The notes under the pieces: model-generated
What the model was told of the DNA's origin: nothing
The model's database searches: none
The model's input: the letters and a program-made list of their open reading frames with translations, nothing else
Program-made: the position numbers and the translations under genes
Shown: positions 33,039 to 44,511 of the stretch, in pieces
Layout of the letters: each line of letters opens with the position of its first letter
Position numbering within the stretch: position 1 is the stretch's first letter
Origin: Octopus bimaculoides
Taxonomy: Eukaryota
Direction of reading: 5' to 3'
NCBI RefSeq assembly: GCF_001194135.2
Contig: NC_068984.1
Span: forward strand, 47,282,576 to 47,327,086
Length of the DNA stretch: 44,511 nt

Positions 33039-34600
33039 ATATTTTTACAGCTGCCCATGATCCAAGATAAAGATTTGCTGTTTGATACTGCAACTTGAAA
33101 TGATGATATCCGTTCTTAAATTCGTATTTTAACTCTTCCTTGGCTTTTTATTAAATCAGTTCTATTTACAATTGCATTTCTGTTTCTTCAGCACCTGAAA
33201 ATGGTTCTAAAACCCAATCTGAAATCTTCTTAGTGAGATTATCTTCAAATCATTCGGTGAATTCCTTGTGCTGCTTCCAAATGATTTCCTGAAAGTCATC
33301 ATCACATATTTCTGGGGGTTTTTTCCTTCCTTCTTTCTTTCTTTCAGTGCAGAAACTACAAAAGGGGAACAGGTAAAATTTTTACGAAACGAGTTTTAAT
33401 TGAACAGAAAATGTTTGAAACCAAATGCGCGTACAAACAGCCTTGGCTTTATTTTCAAATTGTGTTCATTTTGCATCTGCAAAATTATTTCATTAAACTT
33501 GAAATATAAATACATTATATGTCATTGTAAGCGTCATCATACAGCATTGCATGTAAAAGAGAAAAGGAACTTAGATATTTTAAAGCATTCTAAAAAGGCC
33601 AAGGAAGCGATTCACATAGATGCTCCTCGATAACCAGCGAATTTAAATATGATATAGTAAATTCTTTATTATTTTGCTCGTACAGTTGTCCGAATAGTCG
33701 GTATTTGAGCGAACTATTTACAATTTTGTTAATTCATCTAATGCTGATGTAAGCAATCACTACGGATTTAGTTACTAAATTTGGACTGTAAATCTTGCAC
33801 TGTCTCACTAATACGTTCGTCATTGACTTGTGCATGTGTGCAATAAATCTGCACTAACAACCCATCATTGACGGAACACCATTAGTTGCATCTATCACTG
33901 TATTTGTAAGAGAAATGTCCTTTTCTTTAAAACAACAACAACAACAAAACGCTCCCATGACAAGAAATATCGACAGTACATTTACTACCTGTTTACTATT
34001 TCTGGCAAATAATAACTCACGAATTATTTCCTCTTCTTTTCTAAACCGAACATAAGCTAACAGTAAAGCTTCATTCCCTGGTTGAGTTGATTCAATACGC
34101 TGCAACGAAAATTGGGCAGCCCTCTATAACCTGGAAAATGTGTCATACACACTTGCCCGTTTCACCAATTCTGTTATAATGTATTATTGCTCAAAGAAAT
34201 GTTATTGATTATGTCAATCACTCGCTTGTGCAACACGGTTCATGAAGTCTCACTAACAGTCGACTGATTCACTTCTTTAACAACAGTATATGGCTTACGG
34301 ATATAACAATCGGTAACGAATTGCAGTAAAAAACGTGTAAGCCTTCATATTCTTACATTCAATTGGTTAAAAATATACTTGACAATTTCGAATGATTAAA
34401 ATATCAGTCGTGAAGTGCTTTAAAATAAAATATATCTTTGACTTCTCAGCTTGTATTATTTTCAAGTACACTTATAAGATTGAAAGATTTGTAGAGTCAT
34501 GAGAAAACAAGTTTTTTTTAGCAAATCATAATGTTACTTGCCTACTTTTCAAACACGGCATCCTCTTTGTACTGCACCTGCTTTCGTACCTCCTCTAGTT
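33039..34600 (-). mobile_element. Degraded Buster-type hAT transposase (ZBED5/SCAND3-like family)
   Basis: Minus strand RKPYTV...TVLHK...IINNISLSNNT, IESTQPGNEALLLAYVRF.KEE.I.RELLFAR, FKEKDISLTN..IDATNGVPSMMG, NKI...LKYRLFGQL, IRWLSR, DWVLEPFS...EELKYEFKNGY..F.LQ. Many stops and frameshifts; 3' end lost in the gap. Confidence 0.88.
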
Positions 34601-35149
34601 TAGTTTTGATAACTGTTTATCAGTCCTTGACATAAATAGAAAGGGAATAAATCTATAAAATGACGAAGTAATATATTGAAAGAACTAAGAAAGTCAAGAA
34701 ATCAGTGACCTGTTTACTACCATAATTCCACCTTTACTACCATAATTCCACCGGATTCTTTGTCCGAAAATGTGTGATTAGTTACAAGAAACGTTGACTT
34801 AACCATGCAATTAGATCCAAATATCCAATTATCAAGTAAGAGGTTAATTGACTTAGAAATAATGTTATATATTACAGTTCCGTTCTCAATAAGGATATTT
34901 AGCACGAGAACATTTCAAAGTATTAAATTAAGAACAATAAAATAAAATAAAGAAAACCATTTAGCCATAACTAATGATTTGATACATCATACATATTAAA
35001 TGAACTATTTATAACTTCAGTTTTCTCACAGCCAGTAAATTTTAGTACTCGTTTTGAGGTTGTCATTCCTTATTTCTTTGTTGCTCGTACTTCGTTCACT
35101 GAAAGCAGAAGTCATTTGTTTATAAACGTAGTAATAGGTTTTTGACTTC

Positions 35150-35905
35150 CATTTGTACGTATTTATTAGTTATAAATTTGATGGTAACAAGCGTGCGATA
35201 TATTTAGATTTGTACCAACTTTTCTATTTCGCTCGAAATTTGGAGCATGATACTTGAAAATATGAATCCCTTTTGAATGCTTAAAAAGGGCTTCATCATC
35301 TCCTTTGAAGATCGGAGGAATAAACAAGAATTTTCGTTGTTAGATCTTTTTGAGATATTTCATAATGTTCTTCCATTTCAATGAGGTCTTAGTGTATGGA
35401 CTCTTGATCGAATGACTGAAACAGATCATTTATGCCATTTGTAGAAAACATTAAGGTGCAATTGATCAGCAATATCAAAGATCACTTCTGTTTCATTTGA
35501 ATCTCAGCCTCTTCAGTTTCTTCATCTCCCTAAAAATTCTCATTTGAATGAGGCAGAATTCCTTCCAAACAACTTTCATATTATTCTCTATAATTTGTTC
35601 CATGGTTCTTTTAATATTTTTAGCCCACCAAGAACATTGAATGATTTGTTGAATTTTTTTACCGCTGGATCTCCTTCCTTGTCAAAAGCATGTAATAACT
35701 GATCAAACGATTTGCCGAAGATAATATGCTTTAGCTATTGTAATATTGTCTTTGTTCATTGTTTGCAAAAGTGACATTGCATTCGGTAGCATAACCATAA
35801 TGTAACTTTTGAATGGCGATGCGGTAACGATTATAGTTGACACGATGCATTGTTTACAATCTGTAGCACATGTAACAGAATATTTTGGTCTTCATATTCT
35901 TTTGT
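35150..35905 (-). mobile_element. Degraded Tigger/pogo-family transposase 3' portion
   Basis: Minus strand QIVNNA (DNA-motif-like), MLPNAMSLLQTMNKDNITIAKAYYLRQ (FLPPNTTSLLQPMDQGVI..FKAYYLR-like), PWNKL, DIADQLHL..INDLFQS..DLIEMEE..KDLTTK. Confidence 0.75.
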
Positions 35906-35954
35906 TTACTTCAAATAAATAGTGATGCAAACAAATAAAAATAAAATATCACTC

Positions 35955-36288
35955 AGTAGTGGCACTCCGTTGGTTACGACGACGAGAGTTCCAATTGATC
36001 CGATCGATGGAGCAGCTTGCTCGTGTGATTAACATGCATGTTGTTGAGCACTTCACACACACACACATGTACCTTTAACGTAGTTCTCAGGGAGATTCAG
36101 CTTGATACGGAGTGTAACAAAGCTGGCCCTTCGAAGTACAGGTACTGTTCCTTTTTGCGAGCTGAGTGAACTGGAGCAACGTGAAATAAAGTGTCTTGCT
36201 CAAGGACACAACGGGACGCCGGGAATCAAACTTACAACCTTACGATTCTGAGCCGAATGCCTTAACCACTAAGCCAGGCTCCGTCACC
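35955..36288 (-). mobile_element. Near full-length CORE-type tRNA-derived SINE
   Basis: Reverse complement has A box TGGCTTAGTGG, B-box-like AGTTTGATTCC, core TTGTGTCCTTGAGCAAGACACTTTATTTCACGTTGCTCCAGTTCACTCAGCT, and a LINE-like tail ending CGGAGTGCCACTACT. Confidence 0.85.
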
Positions 36289-37027
36289 ATTGTAGTAGTA
36301 ACTCAGGTATAATATTTTCGGACACTTTGAATTCTTGGGTTTTTGGCACGATATATATATATATATATATATATATAGGTCTTAACTTTGTGTTTGGTAA
36401 ATTACCACCAAACAATTATACTAATATTTAACTGCTTTAAAACCTGCAAACAATGCCTGTTTGTTTTGGATGTGGCTTCTTGCTGGCATGCGCTTCCAAA
36501 AGAGGCGCGTTTCGTCTACATTAACAAATTGTCAGAGTGCGTAACCATTATCTTCCAATTATTTTGAAACTAAATTTGCTGCTTGATTAACACAAGTAGA
36601 AGCATCTTGCACTTCTACATTATGCCAACCAGCTGTTTGTGCATATACATATATGCATGCATACATTACATACGTGCATATTACATTACATACGTGTGTG
36701 TGGTGTGGTGTGTTGTTGTTATTGTTATTGTGGTGGTGGTGTGTGTGTGTGTATGTAAAATCAGACTGCTTCCCATAAAGACTTCTTTACGGTTATCTTC
36801 TTTTTATCTTTAATTGTCTCTAAAACATGCTCAGAAGTAACGAGTGATCACAGTGTTTTAAACAGTTGTGTTGATAAAAGCGAGGAATAAGGGTGATCAC
36901 TCCTGCATTACCTTCGTAGATTGCAGTTGAATGTAACTTTTGCTTTGAAACATTTTCTCACTTATCCTCAGGTGCTTTGTTTCTAAAGTTATTGTTCTCC
37001 ATTTCATTATACTATCAATGACTTTAA

Positions 37028-37235
37028 GGCGGCGAGTTGGCAGAATCGCTAACAAGTCGGGACTAAATGCTTAGCGGCATTTCGTCTGTCTTCATGTTCT
37101 GAGTGCAAATTCCGCCGAAGTCATCTTTACCTTTCATCCTTTCGGAGTCGATAAATTAAGTACTGGGGTCGATGTAATCGAATTCCCTCTCACCCGAAAT
37201 TTCTGTCCTTGTGCCAAGATTTGAAATCATTATAT
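37028..37235 (+). mobile_element. Near full-length tRNA-derived SINE family A
   Basis: GGCGGCGAGTTGGCAGAATCG (A-box-like)...GAGTGCAAATTCC (B-box-like)...TAAGTACTGGGGTCGATGTAATCGA...CCTTGTGCC. Several related copies in the window. Confidence 0.85.
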
Positions 37236-38163
37236 TATCAATAACATTTGTCATCGTAGTATCCTTTTGGTTCGAAATTTTTGAAGAGTGAAGTAATTCA
37301 TAAATCTTATAACAAAGTAGTAGAAGAGTGCTTATGAAGACAGAGTACGAACTCGACTTTATTAACTGCATATTAACTGAAAGACCAAATGATTAAACTG
37401 CGCATTACGGTAACTGAATTTTAAAGCAATCATTATGAAAGTTTAGAATTCATTTTCAGCAATTATATTTGTAAATTCTTATTTTCATAATTAGAAAAAA
37501 TACCATTAAATACAAAGCCCGCTAAGAGAGTTATAATTGTGCAATTAAGGACATTTATTTCCCATACAACAAACGTCAAAACTCTTACGTATATATAACT
37601 GTACATAGTCTTGCTAGGATGATTGTTTTCAGCAAAATCCTTAGTTTGATAGCACTATATCATTAGAAGTCAACTTGCAATTTCTAGTTTCTTAATATTT
37701 ATCAGTTGGGCCGGATTTAAAGCCCATAGAGGCCCTAAGTACTTACACGATTCTGGTGCCCTCATATACATATGTGTGTGTATGTGTGCGTGGCGGGGGT
37801 GAATTAAAATATAAACAGTAATAAAGCATAAAATAAATTTATATTTTTCAAAGTGAAACAAAACTAACGGTAAGATGGAAAATAATGTTTACTTTTGTAA
37901 ACTTCCACTTCATTTATATTTGAAAAGTTTTCTACTTTTAAAAATTTTTTTATAATGGCAATGTCTTTGATCAGATCCGCACAATGACACCATGAACACT
38001 TTGAAATTATTTTTCCGATTATATAAACCACTTCGAATATTATTTCAACGAGTTTGTGCCCATTTACCATTCCTGTGCCCCCCTCCTCCCACTTACCTTG
38101 ATGCTCTAAGCATGGGCTATTTTGCTTAATGATTAATCCAGCGCTGCTCATCAGGTCATAGTA

Positions 38164-38391
38164 TTGGGTTGTCCGGAAAGTTCGTGCCGATTTATAGTAG
38201 CTTACCTTTCGACTTATTTGCCATGAAACCACCTCAATTCTGAGAAGCAGGTATTTTCTAGTTAAAGGAAAGATGGAAACGCCTTGTGCAACAAAATGGT
38301 TCATATTTGGTTGATTAAAAATGTAATGGCAAGTATTTATTGACCTTTTTCCTTCCTTTAAAATTCGGCACGAACTTTCCAGACAACCCAA
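38164..38391 (+). mobile_element. 228-bp non-autonomous mariner deletion derivative
   Basis: TA|TTGGGTTGTCCGGAAAGTTCGTGCCGA ... TCGGCACGAACTTTCCAGACAACCCAA|TA (1 mismatch). Retains the transposase tail LKERWKRLVQQNGSYLVD*. Confidence 0.92.
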
Positions 38392-39190
38392 TATATTTGA
38401 TATTATGATATGATGCCATAACAAAAGCACTGTGCAATAGAAATATTTTGAAAGGTGCATTTGTACGATATTATCGTCTTGTAGTTAACATGCGCATTAT
38501 AAATCTGTTGAATGTACTCATTACACTCATCGAAGAATGCAGGAAAAAGAAATCAACGAAATAGCCCGCTGTTAAAAAAAAAAACAAAAAAAAACATTAA
38601 TTAGATTAACACTAGTATTTTTAATATATGGAGCATCAAAAGTTGACTGCAAATAATTATGCACTGAAGAAAAAATAAGAACAATATTAATTAATGAATA
38701 TTATTTTATTTCGGCAAATATATTTTACTCTTATAATTAATTCATGAGTGAATTATAGACTTCGTTATAGTTAGCGAAGTGATGGATGGAGAATCACTTA
38801 TAAATATACAACAAATATCATGGTTAGCTTTAAAGACTAGAATTATTTTGAGTTTGTGGTTTGTGAGGACTAGCGTTTATTTTCTACATAAGAAGGAAAA
38901 GAAAAAGTTTTAAATTGTTGCAATATTTTCTGTCTCTTTCCTCATTTTTTGTTTCAAATCTAAAACATTTTTCAACTGGAATGTCATTTTTCATATATCG
39001 CCATATTAAAACAAATCTTTTTTCGAGAATTCTAACCGCAATTTAAAAGGCACGCTGGAATGAATTAATAGGAGTTACTGCTAGGAATTTTAGCTGAAGC
39101 AGGAATGTGAAGACCCAGTTTTCAGTGACGCGTCTGTGCTAGTAAAACTGTTTATTTATTATTATTGTTATTTTGGTGGGGGAGGTACGA

Positions 39191-39191
<1 letters not shown>

Positions 39192-39233
<42 letters not shown>
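39192..39233 (+). repeat. A42 homopolymer
   Basis: Direct reading. Confidence 0.95.
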
Positions 39234-39235
<2 letters not shown>

Positions 39236-39857
39236 CTTCATAAACAGTGATGATAGAAACTAGATTCTGCATTCCCAAGTAATATATTTTAGACTCATTA
39301 GCTGTCATATAGTTACTTGAGCAGTTGAAAGATGATAAAATAGCAGTGTAGAGCTATTAGTTTTCGTTTAATTAAGTTTAAGAGATTCTATTATAATTAA
39401 GACAACAACAACAACAACAACAGAAGGAATGAAGTCAGCAGCAACAAAACCAACACATCAGAAGCAGCAAATATGACGAAATGTAAGACATAATTTAAAC
39501 ACGTTATATCTTTGAATGTCATGGTGAAGAATGCAATTTATTGTCAAAGAAAATGTCATTCCTTTCTCTTTCTTAGCATTCTTTCTAATCCTTCTTATAT
39601 TCCTCCCTTTTTAAATATCAACTCACAATTCTCTATATGTCTTCCCCCCCCCCCCTCTCTCTCACTCTTTCTCTGTCTTCCCCACTCTCTCTCTTATTCT
39701 CTCACCTTTCTTGTGTACGCGCAAAAGAATGTCTACGTACCGGAGGTTTCTGAAAACTAAAGACAGTATATCAGTTTTAATAAAAATGTTATTCACGCAT
39801 TTATTTTCTGCGTTTTGTTATGTAGTATAAATGTTATTTATACTTCTAAAATTTTTG

Positions 39858-39905
39858 TATACATACATACATACATACATATATGCATACACACACACGC
39901 GCGCG

Positions 39906-39962
<57 letters not shown>

Positions 39963-40117
39963 GAAGTACGTGTGTGTATGCACGCATATGTATATATGTG
40001 TGGGTAAATATGTACACATATACATGTGAATACATGTATGCATATTCTTCCATGTACGTGTATACATACACACGCGCACGTGCATACACACACACATATA
40101 AAGTGCGTCTGTGTGTG

Positions 40118-40155
<38 letters not shown>

Positions 40156-40295
40156 GTGCGTGTGTGTAAGCATGTATATGTATATATGTGTGTGTATGCA
40201 CGTATATGTATATATGTGTGTGTAAATATGTACACATATACATGTGAATACGTGTATGTATGTTCTTCTATGTATGTGTATACATATGTATATAT
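39858..40295. repeat. Complex (CATA)/(CA)/(TA)/(TG) region with an internally duplicated ~110-130 bp block
   Basis: GTAAATATGTACACATATACATGTGAATAC recurs at ~40006 and ~40221 within similar context. Confidence 0.85.
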
Positions 40296-42880
40296 GAAGT
40301 ACATCTAAAACGAAAATATACTTGAAAATAAAATCAATCTAAATATCGAAATATGTATTGTGTGTGTGTGTTTTCCTCTGCCACAATAGTATTTCTAGCA
40401 GCCAGACGTCTACAGAAATATAGGATTGCGCGATGCATTCATCAGCTGAATTACAAAGACAGGCATGAAAATTTTGCTCTTTATATACATATGATTTAGA
40501 AACCGGTTACGTATGAAGATTCGTGATGCCTTCTTAAGTGGAAACGCAAAAGATGTTACACGTCAAGATATTTTGTTTATATATACTGCGTTGTAGATAT
40601 TGGTGATATCCACAATTGTCAAAACACCAAAACGAAATATCAAAATATGCTCTATTTTGCTACCTTCAAGCGTCGTCGAATCACCGGATGGAGACTTGTG
40701 AACAGTCATAGTCTATTCTAAATTTAACTCAAGCTCAGACATTCATCACCAGGTGTACATCTTTCAGGACTAGAATGAGTTCCACGGGGTAGTAAGGGAA
40801 CTTCTGCCAGGTTAAACGACCTGCTAAAAATAGGGGCCAAGTTCTCCTAAGACAACAACTCACCATCTTAGAAAGGATGTATTGGTTAAAGCATTCTTGA
40901 ATACCTTTTCCGATAATAAAATAAAGATGTTCACGATTATTTGACCAGAATAGGTCTCGGATTAATCGACAACTTCTATGATGTTGATACTTAAGCACCA
41001 CTTGCTAGGTTTTCTCAATACTAGTCTCCTTTATTAACTACTTTTCAGTTTTCTTAATATGATATGTATCTAGGGACGAGATCACTTAGAAATAATTTGT
41101 CTTATCAACCTAAAACATTTTGTTGACATTGATAAGAAGGACAAGCAAAATCGATATCAGCTTGTTATGAAATCACTTGAGATATATTAGAAATAGGCTA
41201 AATCTAGACACTGCATTTCTTGCATAAATCTGTAACCAAGAAGAAGGCATACGTGTAATAGGACGACCTACAGGAAATAGCAGTAAAATTTCATTTAAAA
41301 GTACACTGTTATCTTAAAGACAGAAGGTGACATTTTAGACACAGTTTCTGAAAAATGTTAAATTGTCACTGTTTGATGTTTTAATCTTATGTTTGCTAAT
41401 TAAAGTTAAACAACACTAACAACAGCAACAAAAACTAGTGCATCAACATCTACGAAATCGGGGATAAAGAAAACAATCTAGCGGCATTTGAACTTAAAAA
41501 TCGAGATAAGTAAAACTAAATATTTCAGAGACGTTAATCAGTACGCAGTTTTCGTTGACCTTCTCCACCACTCTCCTTTACTCATAGAGAGGGAGAAGAT
41601 ACAAAGACGAGAGAGAGAGAGAGTTTGGGAAAACAAAGTTATATTTTGCCAAGTTGCTCAGCGAAAAGAAAAATTCTGGAATGTGACTTAAGGGTAATGT
41701 GTACTTAAGTCATTTAATAATTTTTTTAATAACATAATTATTCATTTTCTTGTCAATTATATTTAATAATTTCAATCGGTCTGCCATTGAAGCTTTAAGC
41801 ATTACGTGGCAGCGACCTTTCAAATGAAGTGACAAGCTGAACGGTGAGTTCTTTAGAATGGTTGATATATTTCGGGAAGAAGTAGTTACACAGAGTAAAG
41901 AATAGGCAAACAGCCATCTTACCCCATTTAGTTAACCTGCCCTCATTTCACATCACCATCCAATTATTTGCATAAGTTAAATGGTATAAGTATGAATAAA
42001 GAGTAAATGTTTTATAGACTACTGAAATATCAAACGGTAAGGGTTACGGTGTCGACATATAGAGTATTTGATTTTAATCATCTCGTCTATATTCAAATCC
42101 CTAACATAACTGAATTTATTAATCATCATCTTTGCGATATATGTTTTTTATGGATAAATTAAATGGAAAGGGATAATGACCATTGTCGTTGTTAGTTGTT
42201 CATATTATCAAGATGAGTGCTGTTGTTACTTAGATTAATGAATGTAGGAATATCGAAGATTGATAGGAATTTCCGAGCGATTGAAGATCGAAAGTTTTTG
42301 TCCTTCTTAAGCAGCTCTGACAGAGAAAACTTATGATTAAAATCATTTAAAATAAGACCAGCATGCCTTTTTTCTGTGTTCAGGTAATCCAGAACAATAT
42401 TACCTAATGAATCTTTTTTAAGACAGTGGGATGTAAGTTGAAGGAGATTAGACTGCTATTTCTTGCAGGTCAAGTGATCATAGAGGCTTTCTCAGATATG
42501 AGATGGTAAGGTCTGGGAAGTGCGACTCAGTAGACATCTGAAGGGAACGAAAGACAGGGCATCCATAAAGACCGAGAGACACAGGATATGTAGCTAGCTA
42601 CATTAGAGTAGATGTCGGTACAGAAGCGATACTAGTGAATAAGTACGGCAGCTTGTCTTTGGCTTAGTGGCAATGGAATGTTACTGTGTCAATTCTAAAT
42701 CATTTTCTAAATCCAAACCCTGGCTGAGTTAAATTCATTATTTGTTTTCTTTTGTACTTTATGTCATTGCTACTGCAAGTGAACCCCATACCAGCCATTA
42801 TTGTGCCTTCTTTCTTCATTCACAAATACTCGGGTTTTAAAATGTGTTGCCCCATACCTACGTTAGAAATCATTATTAAT

Positions 42881-42975
42881 GGAAGACCGTGATGGCAGAA
42901 TCAGGAGACCGCCGGACAAATGCTTTGCATTATTTTGCCATGCTTTCGCTAAAGTCTGCTTTACATTTCATTATT
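42881..42975 (+). mobile_element. SINE family A 5' fragment, degraded
   Basis: GATGGCAGAATCAGGAGACCGCCGGACAAATGCTTTGC resembles the head of 37028. Confidence 0.5.
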
Positions 42976-43825
42976 TCATTATTTTCTCGTCCATGCACAA
43001 CCTCCAAAATAGAAATCATAACCTGGTGGAAATTTGTCAAACACTTCAATAGTAAAAGTCAAGTTTGCCATTCGGTTTCAATTCTCGCCTAAAATAATTT
43101 TTGCCTTACACTTTCGTTCTTTCACTTTGAAATCAGGGACAATTTTAAATTAAGCACAGACCTTTATAAAAAAATAATCGATGTCTAGTGCCTTCGAGTG
43201 CCTCGTAGAGGGTAAGACCAAGAACAGTTGTGTTCATATACAGACATCAATACCTATATTGCCTCTCATTTTCAATGGAATTAATTCTCAGTCGATTGAA
43301 TGTTTGCGTGGTAAAAAAATTTAACTTCCTATGAAGGTAGATACGATAACGTAATATTGTTTAATCACAGTCTCAAGTCGAACAATACCTTGTGAACAGA
43401 ATTTGGTAGATGAAAATGTGCGGAAAGTTGTATAAATACCAAGGAAACCTAAAACCAGTGGTCTTACAATGGAACCCTTTAGGATATTTGTTCTGCGCTG
43501 AATTACAACACTTTTGTCACTCGCTCCATCATAAATGCAGTGAACCAATGATTGGGCAACTAGATGCCTGCAGTATATATAAAAAAAAGAATGACCCCCA
43601 TCACTTTGTTAATATTCTTGAGAAATTATGACCCTCACAAATTCTCAAACCTTTCCGTAAAATACAGGACTGTTATGCTCAAAATGAACTATTCATTTGT
43701 TAGCAGAAATAGGAAAGTAGCAGATTAAACAAATGACATGTGCTGTTTTGTTTCGTCCCTTTATGTTCAAGACCCACCTATATCACATTGCCTATCATCT
43801 CGCCGAAGTAACTCGAATAATTTAT

Positions 43826-43831
43826 CAATAA

Positions 43832-43867
<36 letters not shown>
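43826..43867. repeat. (CT)n microsatellite
   Basis: Direct reading. Confidence 0.95.
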
Positions 43868-43871
<4 letters not shown>

Positions 43872-44196
43872 CTGTGTTATTCCTTTGTTCCAGACGTCCA
43901 TGTTTTAGCTAAAGACGTAAGCGGAAATTGAAATTGAAGCAGTTACAACGTGTTGAGAGCTGATCACATAGACTATGGGTATCAGATCAATTGTCAGTAA
44001 TATTCCTTTCGTTTATGTTCATTGTCATCATCGTCACTAGTTTGCATAAGTTTTTCCATGCTAGAATGGAGTAGAAAGCATTTTAGTGTTTCCTTGTTGC
44101 TTACTGAATTTACTTCTCCTTCGTTCATTCATTCATGTTCATATTGGTTTGAAGGTACCTTGTCATCAAATACTCAGCAATTACAAACTCATTTGA

Positions 44197-44511
44197 CAGT
44201 ACGACAGCGTAACGAAGGATCAATGGGCTTGCAGCCCGATCCGGGGTAAAATTGCAACGAAAAAGCATGGGAAATCATGCCCCCATGATCCCGGACTACG
44301 GGGGGAGAATAAAGGATCAAATAGGGACGGAAAAAAACGAAAAAGACTTGGACCGGAAATGGATAATGAGAAAGGATGCGGTAAAGGATTGGTAGACGAG
44401 GAATTCAGCTGCTGCGGAAAGGTGTTTGCTAGTTACATCGGGCTCAGAATCCACCAAGGGAAGGTATGTCAGAAGAAAGTAATTCAACAGCGCGGGTTGA
44501 TGAACCGTAAG
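44197..44511 (+). mobile_element. Possible 5' end of a HERO/NeSL-like RLE non-LTR retrotransposon (N-terminal CCHC finger)
   Basis: Stop-free frame from 44197 to the window end (first ATG at 44359): MDNEKGCGKGLVDEEFSCCGKVFASYIGLRIHQGKVCQKK, with CC-x12-H-x4-C resembling CxCGK....GLxIHQ..xC. GC content is higher than the flank. Confidence 0.45.

Noticed and set aside
445-33098. Long ORFs in the track that span N runs or microsatellites (e.g. 9185-10297, 14960-16231, 20300-21142, 32276-33098; also 39818-40308)
   Set aside because: Their length comes from X codons or from dinucleotide repeats that lack stops; no domain content.
34713-34752. Perfect 20-bp tandem duplication TTTACTACCATAATTCCACC x2
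   Set aside because: Ordinary slippage-type duplication with no wider structure.
40700-41020. GC-richer patch with an 88-aa minus-strand ORF
   Set aside because: Probably TE-derived, but no frame gave an assignable motif.
41780-41850. Possible first exon ending AACG|GTGAGT
   Set aside because: Only a donor-like hexamer; no promoter or downstream exon evidence.

Overview
Eukaryotic, AT-rich, microsatellite-dense draft-assembly DNA with seven N gaps (534-641, 9399-10100, 13991-14173, 15287-16109, 20412-20822, 30276-30541, 32431-33038). The (TA)n/(CATA)n/(GATA)n load, the tRNA-derived SINE families and the HCDICGK-type C2H2 array suggest a coleoid cephalopod, probably Octopus (inference, no database search). 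One host gene is well supported: a + strand tandem C2H2 zinc-finger gene with a large coding exon at 24066-25305 (13 C2H2 fingers plus 1 C2HC finger) and a candidate 73-nt upstream exon at 21969-22041. The rest is mostly decayed transposable elements: Tc1, two mariner derivatives, a foldback/MITE-like hairpin, Buster-type hAT, Tigger/pogo, two RTE LINE fragments, an R4/Dong-like RLE retrotransposon, several Penelope-like fragments, about a dozen SINE-related copies, and a possible HERO/NeSL-like 5' end at the right edge. The least explained structure is at 30.5-32.4 kb: a ~293-299 bp tandem unit carrying a tRNA-Thr-like head with intact A and B boxes, a T5 terminator and three short palindromes. 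It occurs in both orientations around an unidentified 1.06-kb spacer and includes a fold-back centred on the anticodon. Other points of interest are an inverted duplication of a Tc1 end plus its flank 13 kb away, a period-6 internal duplication in the zinc-finger array, and Penelope-type hammerhead half-motifs at a gap edge. All alignments were done by eye, so the boundaries of degraded elements are approximate.
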